From contig JAQFVV010000011.1 of the NCBI GenBank assembly GCA_028023455.1, positions 3,472,001 to 3,536,000 of the forward strand: a DNA stretch of 64,000 nt. Reading direction: 5' to 3'. Of the stretch, positions 37,566 to 50,813 are shown piece by piece. Source of the DNA: Epiperipatus broadwayi. Lineage: Eukaryota; Animalia; Onychophora. Below the pieces are notes generated by a model. It saw only the letters and a list, made by a program, of their open reading frames with translations. It made no database searches and was not told the DNA's origin. Numbering within the stretch: position 1 is the stretch's first letter; each line of letters starts with the position of its first letter. The position numbers and the translations under genes are program-made.

Positions 37566-37930
37566 GTTAAAGTTTTAATGCAACTTAAATTCATCTTTTA
37601 AAATGTAAATAAATTACATATTCTAATGAAATATCATAGATTGTTGATGTCAGAGTTTTTGCTTTCCTGTCTGTGCTAGCAACCTCACCATTTCTTACAA
37701 TGTTAAGTAATCAAGTTTTTTTTCTGAATCTGATGAATTATACTTTGTTGGTAATGAACTCTTTCATAGGAATGATATTTGTACTAGGAGTTTTAGCAAA
37801 AAAAACTCTTGAAATGAGTACTTAACCTTTTCACAAATGATCACCTCTTTGATATTACCTGTTATTTGCTTTTGATTAATCCACATACCAAAGAGTTTTC
37901 ATTCATTTTATGATTCTATAGTGTAAATTG

Positions 37931-38053
37931 TTTAAACATCACATGCTCATGTATAACTGTTTTAAAACAGGTAAAACTCACTATATGTATGGTATCCATT
38001 GATTACTCTAGCTTGCTGTGTATGGCAATGCGTATAGTGAGTTTTGCCTGTTT
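37931..38053. mobile_element. short family A foldback, 3' tails only
   Basis: AAAACAGGTAAAACTCACTATA inverted against TATAGTGAGTTTTGCCTGTTTT; flanking repeat TAAATTG[T/C]TTAAAC. Confidence 0.75.
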
Positions 38054-38694
38054 TAAATTGCTTAAACTGAATGGATAACATTTTATTTATTTCTTTTTTT
38101 TATTAGTGTAGATCATTGATTTAATATATTTTCACAGCATAAATTTCTGAATTTCACATTTTTTTCTCATTCACATTTTTGACACTATTTTTCTGGCTCA
38201 AAATTAATATTTGTAAAGCATGCAAAAAGAACAAAAAACAAACAAACTAGTGAAGATGAATAAATGGCAGAAGAAAAATTAAACACAGACTTAGCAACAT
38301 AATAAAGATTTGTGATGCTTTATGCAAAGCTGAAATATTCTAAGCAACTTTACATGTGATTTCTATTCTATTCAGTAGCGCTTAGTATACTAGTTTTATT
38401 TCAACTATATTTAGAGCTTAGATTTCTATTATTTTATCATAACATTTCAAATTCTACTTTTAATGTCTCCTGGCTGAAATTGTTACAGTATATACATTTA
38501 GGATAAAAAAAATTAAATGTTTACAACATTTTTACTGCTAGAGATAGAAAAAGGTAAGGTAACTAAGTTGATAATTAAGTTGTTCATAGCAATTATGTCT
38601 GACATTTGTGTGATTATGGTTTGTTTCCCATTTGTTGCATAAATGTTTATTTAGTGAGAAAAATTGTTTATTCTGCTTGCTATGTACTCTATAG

Positions 38695-40289
38695 CAGTGG
38701 TCTTCAACCACCAGGCTGTGGACTGGCACCGGGCTACAAAAGTTTTCTGTTGGTCTGCAGCTAGACTAGCAAAAAAGTTTGTAATAACAAAATAATAAGA
38801 TTTTAAACTTTTAATTAATATAAACAATTTTTATTTATTTTTTCATCGCATTTTTCCCAATTTAAAAAAAAGAAACAGCAAAAACAAAATTTAATCAATC
38901 ATACATAAATTAATTTGTTTTTCTATTTATCACAGATGTTTATGGGAGGGGGTTAGAAAAAAGTTTTTATTATACAAACTCCAGTTGTCTTTTGATAGTC
39001 AATCATTCCCTGCTTATCAGTGTTGTTAAAACAATAAAATGTAACATAAATTTTTTTGATCTCTTTAATTTTTTCTATTCTCTTTTTTAATATTTCATTT
39101 TTAGTGGGTTTTTTTTTTTTTTTGGCTATATGGCGATTTTTTTTTTTTTTTTGGCTTTAAATCAATTTTTATTATCTTTTGTAAAAAATAAAAACCAAAA
39201 AATAAGTTCTGTCTCTAACTTTTACAAAGTATTTCTCAATATATCCTCACCACCTCTGAATAAAGTAAGATCAAAACTTTTGACTTTTTCAAGTTTCGGT
39301 TTTGTTTTTTGTTTTTTTTTTTGTTTAAAAATAGGGCCACTTTTTTTCTTAGCCTATAAGGAGATATTTTTTTTGCCTTTGTATACCACTGATATACTAA
39401 AACTTTTATTTTTAAAACCAATTTTTATTACCTTTTTTAAAAATAAAAACAAACCAAAAATAACTGTTGTCTCAGTGAAGACAATGTATTTCTCAACCCA
39501 TTTCCCACCAAAAAATTAAAGTAAGATCTTTTTTGGCTTCAACTTTTATTTTTGAAATCAATTTTTATTACCTTTTTTTTTTTAAAATAAAAACCAAAAA
39601 ATAAATTCTGTCTCTAACTTTTACAAAGTATTTCTCAATATATCCTCACCACCCCAAAATAAAGTAAGATCAAAACTTTTGACTTTTTCAAGTTTCATTT
39701 TCTTTTTTTTTTTTGTTTAAAAATACGCCCACTTTTTTTTTGACCTATAAGGCAATATTTTTTTGGGCTTTATTTGTATATTGCTAAAATACTAAAACTT
39801 TTAATTTTAAAACCAATTTCTGTTATCTTTTTTTAAAAATAAAAACAAACAAAAAATAACTTTGGTGTCTATCTTTTGTCTCGGTGATGACAAAGTGGTT
39901 ATCACCCCCCCCCCCCCAAATAAATAAAATAAGATCAAAACTTTTGACTTTTTCAACATTCACGTGAATAACATTTTATTCTTGCACATTTTAACAAGAA
40001 ATAATAAATGTAAAATGCAAGCACATTAATGAGAATTATTGTTATTGTATGTTTTCTGTAGCAGTATGACTGCGCAACTCAAGAAAAAGTGTTCAGCATG
40101 TGAAGGTAAATGACACCATTACAATACACAATGACTAGTGTTCTGTTTTGGTCAGTTATAACAATTATGCTTATCTAAGGTTAAGCAGCTTACATCTTTA
40201 AGAAAATTTATCTGTAAACTTCTAATGGTCCATGAAATCTTATCCTTATTTTTACCAGGCTGCAGGTGTGAAAAAATTGAAGACCACTG
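38695..40289. mobile_element. hAT MITE, family C copy 2, internally expanded
   Basis: TIR CAGTGGTCTTCAA at both ends; perfect 8-bp TSD CTCTATAG; internal ~396-nt tandem duplication around 39140-39960. Confidence 0.95.
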
Positions 40290-41301
40290 CTCTATAGGTC
40301 TTTGTGGTACCAGACCTCACTGTATTTGTTTAGAAAACAGGTAAAGTTGTTTTGCTTTAGAGAAAGAGACTTATATTTCATTTCTCTTTTTATTTTAAAA
40401 AGATTTTTATTTAATTAGTAACATTTAAATAAAATCTGCATGAGGTTGTATAGCATAATAAATATGCCTATCTACCATGCCCATAAAGTAGAAATCCAGA
40501 TTAGATAAAGTTAGATTTTTTTTTCAAGTTTCAAATAGGCATAGGATTTTTTTTATTGTCCCACAGCAATTTAATAAGACATCCAATTATTAATCAGTAA
40601 ATGGGTATTCAGATGTTTTTATCTAGCAAATAAAAAAGGGAGAAAAAACCCTTACTACTTAGTATTTGATTAAACTAATGGGGATTATTAAATCCCACTA
40701 CAAACTATAGAAGTCATTTCCTTCTTCATTTGGTTATTAAAAAATTGTTTATATTTTCTTTTTACTTACACAATAATTTATAGCCGTGAAAGCATTCATA
40801 TTGGTGGCCACTGGTGTTCAATGTTAAAATTTTCTGATTAAATTTCTCAATGTAGATTTCAAACATAAAAACAGGAGCAATAAGGAAGTTTTTCTTTTTA
40901 TATGTCTTAATTATAACCGATTAAGATGTTTAAATAGAAAAGCTTATCATTTTGTGCGGATATTCAATTCACGTATTTAGAGAGACTATAGAGAGAAATT
41001 TTATATTGAGTAATAGTTTAAAATTTAAAACAATCTTTGGAGGAGCAAGCCACAAATCTAAAAGTTTTTATCACTATTGATATGTTATCAGGACATTAGT
41101 CAATATATTATCTACTGATACATAATAATTTAGATAATACACAAATACATAAATAGATCAGCAACTCATTATTTATATTATATAAAAAATAGCCAAATAA
41201 TAATTTCTTTTTGTTGGTCTTATTGTTGTTTTTTATTTGCAGCAAAAAGTACAAAATTCTTAATGAATAATATTTAATGAAAATTAAGATATCATTTAGA
41301 C

Positions 41302-41786
41302 CAGGGGTGGGAAATTGTTTTGGCTTGGGGGCCACAGAGGTTGGTGTAGGGCCATATCAGGGGCCGAAGCAGAGGTTAGCAGAGAGTCACACTTTTTTTC
41401 ATGACACAATATACACACTTCTTTATTCCCTGTATTACCAAATAAATATTTGTTTGTCCATTCTTCATTAAACACACACCATTCATCACCGATTTTACAT
41501 TTTTTCAGAGGGTTCACGGTTTCACTAAAGTTAAAAATTTGTATATTTGCTAATGCAAAGACAAAATTGAAATTAACTAGATCAATTGGAAAAGCACTGC
41601 ACATCGTATCTACACTGTGCATGTGTATTGACGTGACCATTGTAGTGGAAAATATAAGACGAATCTTCAGTCACACATGAGAAGGAAATCTCAATTGAAG
41701 GTGGATTTTTCTGATTGTCTTGGTGGGCCACATAAAAACTCTTAGCAGGCCACATGTGGCCCTTGGCCACTATTTTCCCACCCCTG
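41302..41786. mobile_element. hAT (SPIN/Charlie-like) MITE, family D copy 2, with transposase N-terminal remnant
   Basis: TIR CAGGGGTGGGAAA; TSD ATTTAGAC/ATCTAGAC; minus strand KKCKIGDEWCVFNEEWTNKYLF...VCILCHE resembles the SPIN/GTF2IRD2-type N-terminus. Confidence 0.92.
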
Positions 41787-41827
41787 ATCTAGACAGTATT
41801 TTTTCAAAAATGGGTTCATAATTTTTC

Positions 41828-42404
41828 ATATATATATGAATACACCAAACTTCTTTTTAAAACTTGTTTTTTATATGACTATATAAAAATAAAACTACAC
41901 ACCAGCGTTTTGACTATTTTATAATATAGTCTTTTTCAAAGAACACTAAAAAATAAGAATACAAATATATAAATATCACATATTGCAAACAAATCAAAAA
42001 ATACTAAAAAAATTATCTTTTACATCAACACCTTATCCATTACAAACAATCTCAAAACTTCATCAAATTTTTTACATTTATATCCAAAAATACCCTAAAA
42101 ACATTTGATTAACAAATCTATTAGGCTATTTTTGGATGACTATATAAATGTAAAAAATTTGATAAAGTTTTGAGATTGTTTATAATAGAAAAGGTGTTGG
42201 GGCAAACATAATTTTTTAGTATTCTTTTAATGTTTTGAGATTTGTTTGCAAAATGTGATATTTATATATTTGTATTTTTATTTTTTAGTGTTTCTGGAAA
42301 AAGATTATATTATAAAATAGTCGAAACGTTGGATGTGTAGTTTTATTTTTAGAATAGTCATATGAAAAACAAATTTTAAAAAGAAGTTTGGTGTATTCAT
42401 ATAT
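41828..42404. mobile_element. family H near-complete foldback with two decayed hammerheads
   Basis: Centre ~42110. Inferred consensus CTGAAGA-A-GACTAT-ATTATAAA-ATAGTC-GAAA-CG-TT at 41900-41947 (-) and 42288-42336 (+); flanks ATAAT[T/A]TTTC. Confidence 0.85.
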
Positions 42405-42414
42405 ATAATATTTC

Positions 42415-42620
42415 TGTAGTGTAATATTCATTATACCATTTTCAGGCAAGGTAGAGAATATTTTCTATCCTCTTTTAATACCCTGTGAAGGAATGTAAAC
42501 ATAAACATATGATCAAAGATATATGACCCCCAAGATGCACATTTGGTGCTGAATCAGCACTCATTTGTTAACCCTGATCACAATATGTTACATATCATTG
42601 TTCAGTATATATATATAAGA
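42415..42620 (-). mobile_element. E' subfamily copy with decayed hammerhead
   Basis: Minus strand CAAATGA-GTGCT-GATTC-AGCAC-CAAA-TGTGCA-TC-TTGGGG. Confidence 0.65.
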
Positions 42621-42879
42621 TTACTACAGATTAATTACCAAGTGTAAAATATGTTGCCATCACAACTTTGACAAAAATCACTTAATGAAAATATGTTACC
42701 AAAAATTATGGGCTTTTACACTTGTTAGAGAAGTATATTTACTAATATTTATTTACGCTTAGCACTTTCAAAGCTCCATGGCTTAATAATTTCTCTTAGC
42801 CATTCATTAGACCAGCATTCAATAGTGAATAATATTTCTGTAGTGTAATTTTCATAACACCATCCACATGCAAGATAGA

Positions 42880-43613
42880 GACTGGTTTTTATCCGCTTTT
42901 AATATCCTTGTGGATGTATGTAATTATAAGCATATGACCAAGACATGTGAAAAAGATATATGATTCCCAAGATGTATATTTTGTGCTAAACCAATACTCA
43001 TCAGATGGTCTAAATCACAATCTCTTACATATCTCTTTATCATTGTTCAGTATATATATATAGCCAATTACTGCAGTTTAATTGGTAAGTGGCAAACTTA
43101 CTGCCCTCTATATTAAACGGATAATCTCGTCTAATAAATGACAAATAGAAACTATTGATATATAATTTGTTCTTTATTTTATGACACTAATATATATATA
43201 TGTCTCTTTTTTCGTCTCCAAATTCAACATTCGTATATAAAAGACTGGTTTTTATCCGATTTTAATACCCTTGTGGATGTATGTAATTATAAGCATATGA
43301 CCAAAACATATAAAAAAGATATATGATTTCCAAGATGCATATTTTGTGCTAAACCAATATTCATCAGATGGTCCAAATCACAATCTCTTACATATCTCTT
43401 TATCATTGTTCAGTATATATATATATATAGCCAATTACTGACAGTTCAATTGGTAAGTGGCAAACTTACTGCCCTCTATATTAAACGGATAATCTCGTCT
43501 AATAAATGACAAATAGAAACTATTGATATATAATTTGTTCTTTATTTTATTACACTAATATATATATATGTGTGTGTATCTTTTTTCGTCTCCAAATTCA
43601 ACATTCGTATATA
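42880..43613. repeat. 363-nt-period tandem duplication, each unit with an E' hammerhead (G12>A) on the minus strand
   Basis: GACTGGTTTTTATCCG at 42880 and 43243; TCATCAGATGGTC in both units. Confidence 0.92.
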
Positions 43614-45028
43614 TAAATCATATAAAACATCTGACAAGTAAATTATCATTAAATAATCAATTTACAATGCATCTAATCATGGGAGAAAATATCAAGTTAT
43701 TAACTTTATTTATAAGTTAAGAACTTTGAAGTCAAACTAAATAAATTATTTGAATAATATTACAAGTGATAGTAAAACAGTCAAGTCACATAATAAATGC
43801 TACTCTAGAGTAAAAAAAGAAGTTAGAGTGATTACTGTAAAAACTTTCCAGAGCAGAAAGATAGCCGAGAAAATTACTTCACGGTCCCACCTACAAGGAA
43901 AAGCTTCTTGAAAAAGAGATAAGTGGATTATGTTAAAATGGACAGATTAATAAGAAAGAGAAAATGTTAGCAAAAAAAAAAAAATTGAAGGTATAAATAT
44001 AAGTCCCCCTTTCCATTTGCTTTGCAAGCACATTTTGCTTAGCTTACGAGTGTATTGATCTCCAGTAATATATGGAAACACATTAACTTTATCAACTCAT
44101 CATTAACTTTTCAAAAAACAGACTTGATGATTCTTTTACCATATCAGTGCATATATTTGGAAATATAAAAGTGTGTGGAAATTATATATGTATTTAAAAT
44201 TTAGATTCATATCTTTAAAAACCATTTATTTCTTACTAAATCAAAAATGCATTTATCAAGAATTTAACTGGCCTGAGTAATTAAAAACAGAGGCAAAGTG
44301 GTAAACTTTCAAGCTCAAAGGTCATGGATCATAGCTCTCTTGCTGTTTAAACTTCATGAGGATTTCCATTTAAACTCCCAACCAATAAGCCATAAAAAGA
44401 TTTAAACATGCAGAATAAGTACAAATGTATTGTTTGTATGTTTATCATATAATCAAGTCAATAGATGACTTCTACAATTATTTTATCTATTTTAGTGAAC
44501 AGTTTATTAAACTGAAACTATTGGTTTTAAGAATAAACCATAAAATAAGCTATTTAATTATCTTTTAACTACACAAAGAAGTACAACACCTCTTTGTATA
44601 TCAATCTGCAAAAAACCTCTTCAAAGTCTTTTCTTCATCCAGATGTATTTTTCCAGTTATAATATTAATATATATATGAATTTAAACTACAGACTTAGAT
44701 ATGTTAAACAAGTTTTTATTGTAAATACTAACTTATAGTAAGCACATAACAATGTGAATCGAGCTGAAATATGTCACTTTTTTTAATATAAAATTGAGTT
44801 TTTGCAATAATATTAAATGTATATAAAATCTCCCTTATATAATTAATATAAAAAGTTCTACTCTAAATTTCAAAACTATTGGGTTTATAAGTAGAACGTT
44901 GTGTACTCTTTTTTAAAAAAAAATTACATATTCCCATTTATTTAAAGCAACATTAATGTAATTATAAGGGAGCTGAACTCATATACAAGCTCCCTACATC
45001 TATCCAATCCATCTCAAGCAATATAATA

Positions 45029-45475
45029 GTAATAATAACAAGTCAGATGTCACATGACTTATATATAGCTTGCACTTACAAATATGTAAAATTAAGAGCG
45101 TGCTAATAGCTCTAAACAAGCCTTTTTATTTTATTTATGATAAATGCTACTACAAGAGAAGACATTCAAATCATTTTTACTTGGATTGTCCCCATCCCCA
45201 GACCGATTTCGACCTATGGGTCTCTTCAGTGAGAAGTTGGGACATTAGATTTAAAAAACCAACTCAAGCAAAGCATTTATCTAAAAGTTAATTGTTAGAA
45301 GAAGATCTGAAACTTTTAGACATCTACATGTCTTTAAAGTCAGCTCTCCAACTGAAAAAATCATATGGGCCTGAACTTAATTCAGATACTCCATATATTA
45401 GTAGGCTTAGCCATTTAATTTAGCCAAAGCCACAACAGCAAAATAATAATAGTAATAATAACAAGTCAGATGTAG
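45029..45475 (-). mobile_element. family B hammerhead element, copy 2
   Basis: 423-nt period (45024 and 45447); 9-bp flanking repeat AATATAATA at 45020-45028 and 45476-45484. Confidence 0.9.
45187..45244 (-). ncRNA. type I hammerhead ribozyme, core intact
   Basis: TGTCCC-AAC-TTCTCA-CTGAAGA-GACC-CATA-GGTC-GAAA-TCGG-TC-TGGGGA-TG-GGGACA; the two C>T changes relative to copy 1 give G-U pairs. Confidence 0.85.
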
Positions 45476-47567
45476 AATATAATACTCCTGATTTTTTTTT
45501 TTTCTATAATTATTTTTTTCTGAAGATTTTGTTAGTTTCAATGCATTTTTAATAATGTGTTCATTCTTAAATTTAATTAATGCTAATTAGTTTTATTAGT
45601 ATAATTTATTTTAGTACAATCCATTATTATTTTGTGTTAATTAATTTTTACTACATTTTATCTCTATGTCTTTATACTTCTGTATTTTTTTTTTACATAT
45701 TCTATTAAGCAGTACTTAACTTCTCTGCTGATTCTGAACAGTTTGTTATCAATATAATCATTGGGAATAACAATATTCAAATATTATCAAAAAGGGCAAA
45801 AGTCCTTTAATACTGTCCAATATAATACTTTTTTATTTAATAGTCAGTTTTATTCGTGATAATGTTTCCATATAACATTTACATGAATAAGAACATGTCT
45901 ACTTACTATAATTCTAATATGTCATAAAAGATATAGATTAACTTATTTTACAATAGGGAAGTAAAATAAATATTTAGGTAAATAATGTTTGTCTGAAAGT
46001 TTATGCTATGACATTTTACTTTTACTTATATGTTAGACTTCTTCCAAAAATTCAAATTTTATTTAAACTTTCATATATATTCCTTTACTAGGAACCGAAC
46101 ACATGTTAGTATATTAGAAGTGATATTATTCTTGGGGTTTTTTTTCATATGTTGCTGGCCTGACCAGTGATAGTAGTAAAATCTATGACTTAAATTCATG
46201 AATATTGAATTTAAGATAATGTTGTGACCAACTATGAATGACGTTCAAGAAATAATTTTGCAAATGGCAGAATTCACATCATTTTGGAGCTATCTAGTCT
46301 AAGTACATGCAATCGATGGCAATGTTAAATATATTACCATACTAGTTACTAGCTATAAATCTTCATCATTATAAGCAAATTAGTACAATTATAGACTGTC
46401 TGATTCAAGACCTATCACTTTTCAGATTGCTCAAATATCACATGATTGCCTGAGCATGTGTTCGGTAAACACATTTTACTATTATTATATCACCAACGAA
46501 CATCACACACTTTATAAGTATGAACCAAAAATGGTTGCACAAATAGCTATACAGACCTAAAATTAGATTAGTAATTATATATTTATTTTAGTGTTATTTG
46601 TAATCAAATTTATAGAGTAACTTTAATCCAAAATGACATATTAGCTCTAGCTTACACTTAACCTGTATTTAACAGCAATATTCAAGTTACTTTAAAATCA
46701 ACTAGTGTAAACATGAATAATCAAGTTTATTTATTTACTTAATATAAGGATTTTGTGAAAAACAGTTTAACTTATTAACAAATATACAAAAGAACTTGTA
46801 GAAATTCTAACCACAAAGTAGATTCTCTAGTCATTTGATTGGGGTTTTCAATTTTGGTAGGTGTCTATAGATTTCATAACCATTAACTATATGTTTCATG
46901 GTTTGTACTTATCTCATCTATATAGGTCAGTGGATATTAAATTCTCTTTATGATGTAGATAAGTGCCATGATCAAGGACTGTCCCGAATCTAATGATGAA
47001 ACTATAGTAACTTTTATAAAGATCAAATACAACTAGCATTGCCATTGGATATCCATTTTGTTACAATAAAATTTATTGATGGCTTGAAAAAATTTAGTCG
47101 ATGAACTAAATTTTGGATTATTGGTATTTCTGCTCTACTTAACAGCTTTTTTATAAAATTTCAGTGTGGCACTCCTCTTTTCATATCTGATGGAGCAGGT
47201 TCTTCTTCACACAAAGATGTTTCATCAATGGTGGTTATCGTGAATTATGTTCTGATTGTAAATATTTTTTATTTAAATATAACTGAATTACATTTTACAT
47301 AGTTTTTGTAATAACTATTCTGTATATACTACAGTTATATACTCTAGCATTCCATTAAATCGAACAAGCCAGTACCATATTAGTACCATATCAACCTGAT
47401 ATTTAACGAAATGTGGATGAAGATGTTTAGACTTTTGAAATCTTTTTATTTGAATATCATGATTTATACTCTAAAATGAGACATTATTGTTCATAATTTA
47501 TCTAAAAATAAACGTTCTAAAAATAATTCATAATAATTACAGTAATTCTGTAGTATGTTGAATAAGT

Positions 47568-47645
47568 CAGCCATATTTTATAATGTGGTCAGTATATTGT
47601 CGGTCTCTGAATGATGATATCCTGGGTTTGATTCCAGTGCTGGCT
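47568..47645 (+). repeat. degenerate tRNA-like sequence
   Basis: GTCAGC...TGTGGTCAG...CTCTGAATG...CCTGGGTTTGATTCCAGTGCTGGC; B-box-like, cloverleaf incomplete. Confidence 0.35.
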
Positions 47646-48037
47646 TGGAAAAAAAATTTAATACTGATATTAACTTTTTTTAAAGTAAACACTGACATTG
47701 TTTTTTCCATGTTTTACTAAATGGCGTTTCTTTGAATTTAGACTGTCATGAAGTTTGTTACTTAGTTAAAAACTTTTAAAAATAAAATAATTGCATGTCA
47801 AGATATTTAATTCTTAACAAAGTTCCTTAAAACAATGTCATTTAATGCCACTCTGCTGATTCTAAGAACCAAACAGTCTTATTTGAACCCATTTCTAAAC
47901 GGTCATCCTACTGGGGAAATGCCTAAAAATTTATTTGTTTAATTATTAACATAACCTATAATTAAGGAAAAGAAAATACAAGAAATAATAATGTCCTCTA
48001 AAAATCTAATTAAATAAGCAATATAAATATGAAACTT

Positions 48038-48141
48038 GTCAAGCATTGGTGGTCGAGAGGTCAACACAACTGTCTCACAAGCAGTTGTCCCAGGTTAGTG
48101 GGCTCACATCTGGGCCGATGCTATGACACATGAAAAAAAAA
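48038..48141 (+). mobile_element. tRNA-derived SINE, copy 2
   Basis: GCATTGGTGGTCGAGAGGTC...GGGCCGATGC, A tail, 9-bp TSD ATGAAACTT. Confidence 0.85.
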
Positions 48142-50813
48142 ATGAAACTTTAAAATTTGTTCCCTTAAGTAAATGTAAGATAAATCCTTAACCCTAGATA
48201 TCAGACTGTATAGTGTGTATATAATCATGTATAGTAGGTACAATGTAACCAAGTTATTATATTGAAATAATCAGAATATAAAAAATTAAAATCACAAAAT
48301 AGTGTAAATATTCTATTATTGAACAAATATTTGAGATGCTAACTTTATTAGCAGACATAACCATGCTATGCACTAGAGATCCCAAATTAAACTAAAAGTA
48401 ACAAATAAGAACTATTTTTGACAAACTAATTAACATGCTCATTAGAGTCATCCTAGTAATGCTAATCATTATTTACCACATGGAAATTTCTATGTTATTT
48501 TCTGATAACAAAAGAAGAGTTTTATGTAAATAAAAACATAAAAGTGTAAATAATTATAATTTTTAAGTATTGTCATTGTATTTTTTTTGTTAAATAAAAT
48601 TTTATAGAATTCATTTTGCTTTAATTTATAAATTTTATGTCAGATGATGGAGAAATATATGAAAGAACAGTAAATCACTGCAAAATAGTAGACTTGAATG
48701 TAATATTTTTTATGATAGAATTTAATTGAGTTTAGAGACCTTCTTCAAAGAGGAGCATGGTATTTATTAGTAGACTGTGCTAGAGCTAAGGCAATTGCTT
48801 GTAATATTTGTAAATCACAATTCCATATAATGTGAATCTATAATGCAAGGTTATACCTATATATTATGGAGTAGGATTGTATTTCAATTTATTATTGTAA
48901 AAAATTATGTTCAAATTAAATGTTAACAATAGTTTACGAATAAGGATCTATTCTTTAAAAAAAGATTTTCAAACTTTCCATATCCTTATTGAGAGATTTT
49001 ATTTCTGTGAAAAATATTTTATGAGAAGTCAAAATAATGACTTAGTTATAAATGAATTTCTTACCTTTTGTATCTGAAAAGTCGCTTGCAGAATAGTGAT
49101 AAACTGATTCCTTGGCTAATTTCTAGCTACATGTTATGTCACTGTCATCTAATAATCAACTTAATCTTTAGAGATAAACAATATGAATAATACTGTAAAA
49201 TGCAGATTAAATTTATGTCTGGAAAATCATAGATGGCTATATTATGTAATCCCAAAAAATCAAATTTATTGATTTTTATAAAAAAAAAAAACATAGCTTG
49301 ATGATGAAATGTATTTCGCTTGTTAGGATTAGGTTTAACCATCTATCACAAGCTTTATCACTTCATGAAAGTGAGATTCTGGTAGTAAACAAATAGAAGT
49401 GTAATTTTAAAGGCAGTTTTAAAAGTGAGAGATAGAGTAATTGACCATTGTCGATAATGAAGTATTAATACACAGTTATTTTATTGACTTGCTGAAATAT
49501 TTTTAGAAAAATTCCAACTTCATTTTCCACTGTTAGGAATGATACACAGGTTAGTGTAGCTATCATTTATCAAACTAGCAACAGCTGGGCGGTAAGGAGA
49601 CTATTACCATGCGAAACAATGTGTTCTATATTAACCTGTGTATTATCGCTAACAATCAATAGTACTTTATTTAGAAAAGTATGAATATCGTTTGAATTTT
49701 TTATAAAACCATTTACTCATATAAATAGATAATAAAAACCATCTAACATAAAATTACAAATTAACAAACAATGTCTTATTTATAAAACTTTGTTATTTTC
49801 TCTAAACTACTTTGTTTACATATAATCAATCAACCAATAAATTGTCTGGTTTTAATGTTTACTTTAAAAGCTTTTATTTGTTTAAAAATAGTTAGTGAAT
49901 TTAAGATGAGGCTCGGGGTGTTTTGAAATAGTTATACTAAAAGGAAATCAATTAATTACAGTTCAGAAATTATTGATATTTCACTGAGGGTTTTTTTCAT
50001 TTTATTATCAAATAGTAGTTACCAATATTGTTTTAGACAGTTAGGTAAAGATATACGCGTGTTACGTTGGAAATGTCAATCCATTAAGATAATTTTTTTC
50101 TCTTTTCTTATTTTGCCAATCAAATATCAAGGACTAATAATACAAAACTGCATTTTATTTATATATAAACAACTATTAGAATCAAAACAATGGTTGGCTT
50201 TACTTTTAATTAATATCAGTAGTAGAGTACGAAATTCAACATCCACAGTTCACGGGGCCATTTCGGGTGCGCGAACTTCTTATGAGATCCCAAGGAATAA
50301 ATCATTCGATTATTTATTATTTTTTAGGACAAAAAATAAAAAATTACATATCTAGAACAATGATATATAAATATTACTGTATAACATAAATAGATAAAAA
50401 ATAATTTGTATTGTAAAAAAAAAAAAAAAGGGGGGGGGGAATAAAATCCCTTTTAATTGTTATATAGGAACTTCAAACTGTATTTTTAATTTTTTTTTTA
50501 TAAAACAAAGTCACATTTTTTTGATGAAATTATCAGTTTTGTTAATATTAATTGAGACAATTTGTTGATTTGGTCCAGATCAAGATCTATTAATATTCAT
50601 ATTAAATATAAATTATTTATTAAAATATTCACACATATAGAAGAGGATATAGATAAGATAAAACAGCCTTTAGAGTCACTGCAAATCTTTTAAATTTATG
50701 AATAGTGAAGGTTTGAATCATTGTTTTACATTCTAAATAGAAGCTCATTTATTAATCAATGTTGGATGGTTGTATAATTTTAGTTGTTAATCAGATATCT
50801 GGAAAAAAGGATA

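Noticed and set aside
39130-39519. 129-aa ORF
   Set aside because: Low-complexity T/A-rich interior of a MITE.
49580-50370. Possible Helitron end (ACTAG plus GC-rich motif)
   Set aside because: No proper subterminal hairpin next to a CTRR end and no matching 5' TC terminus identified.
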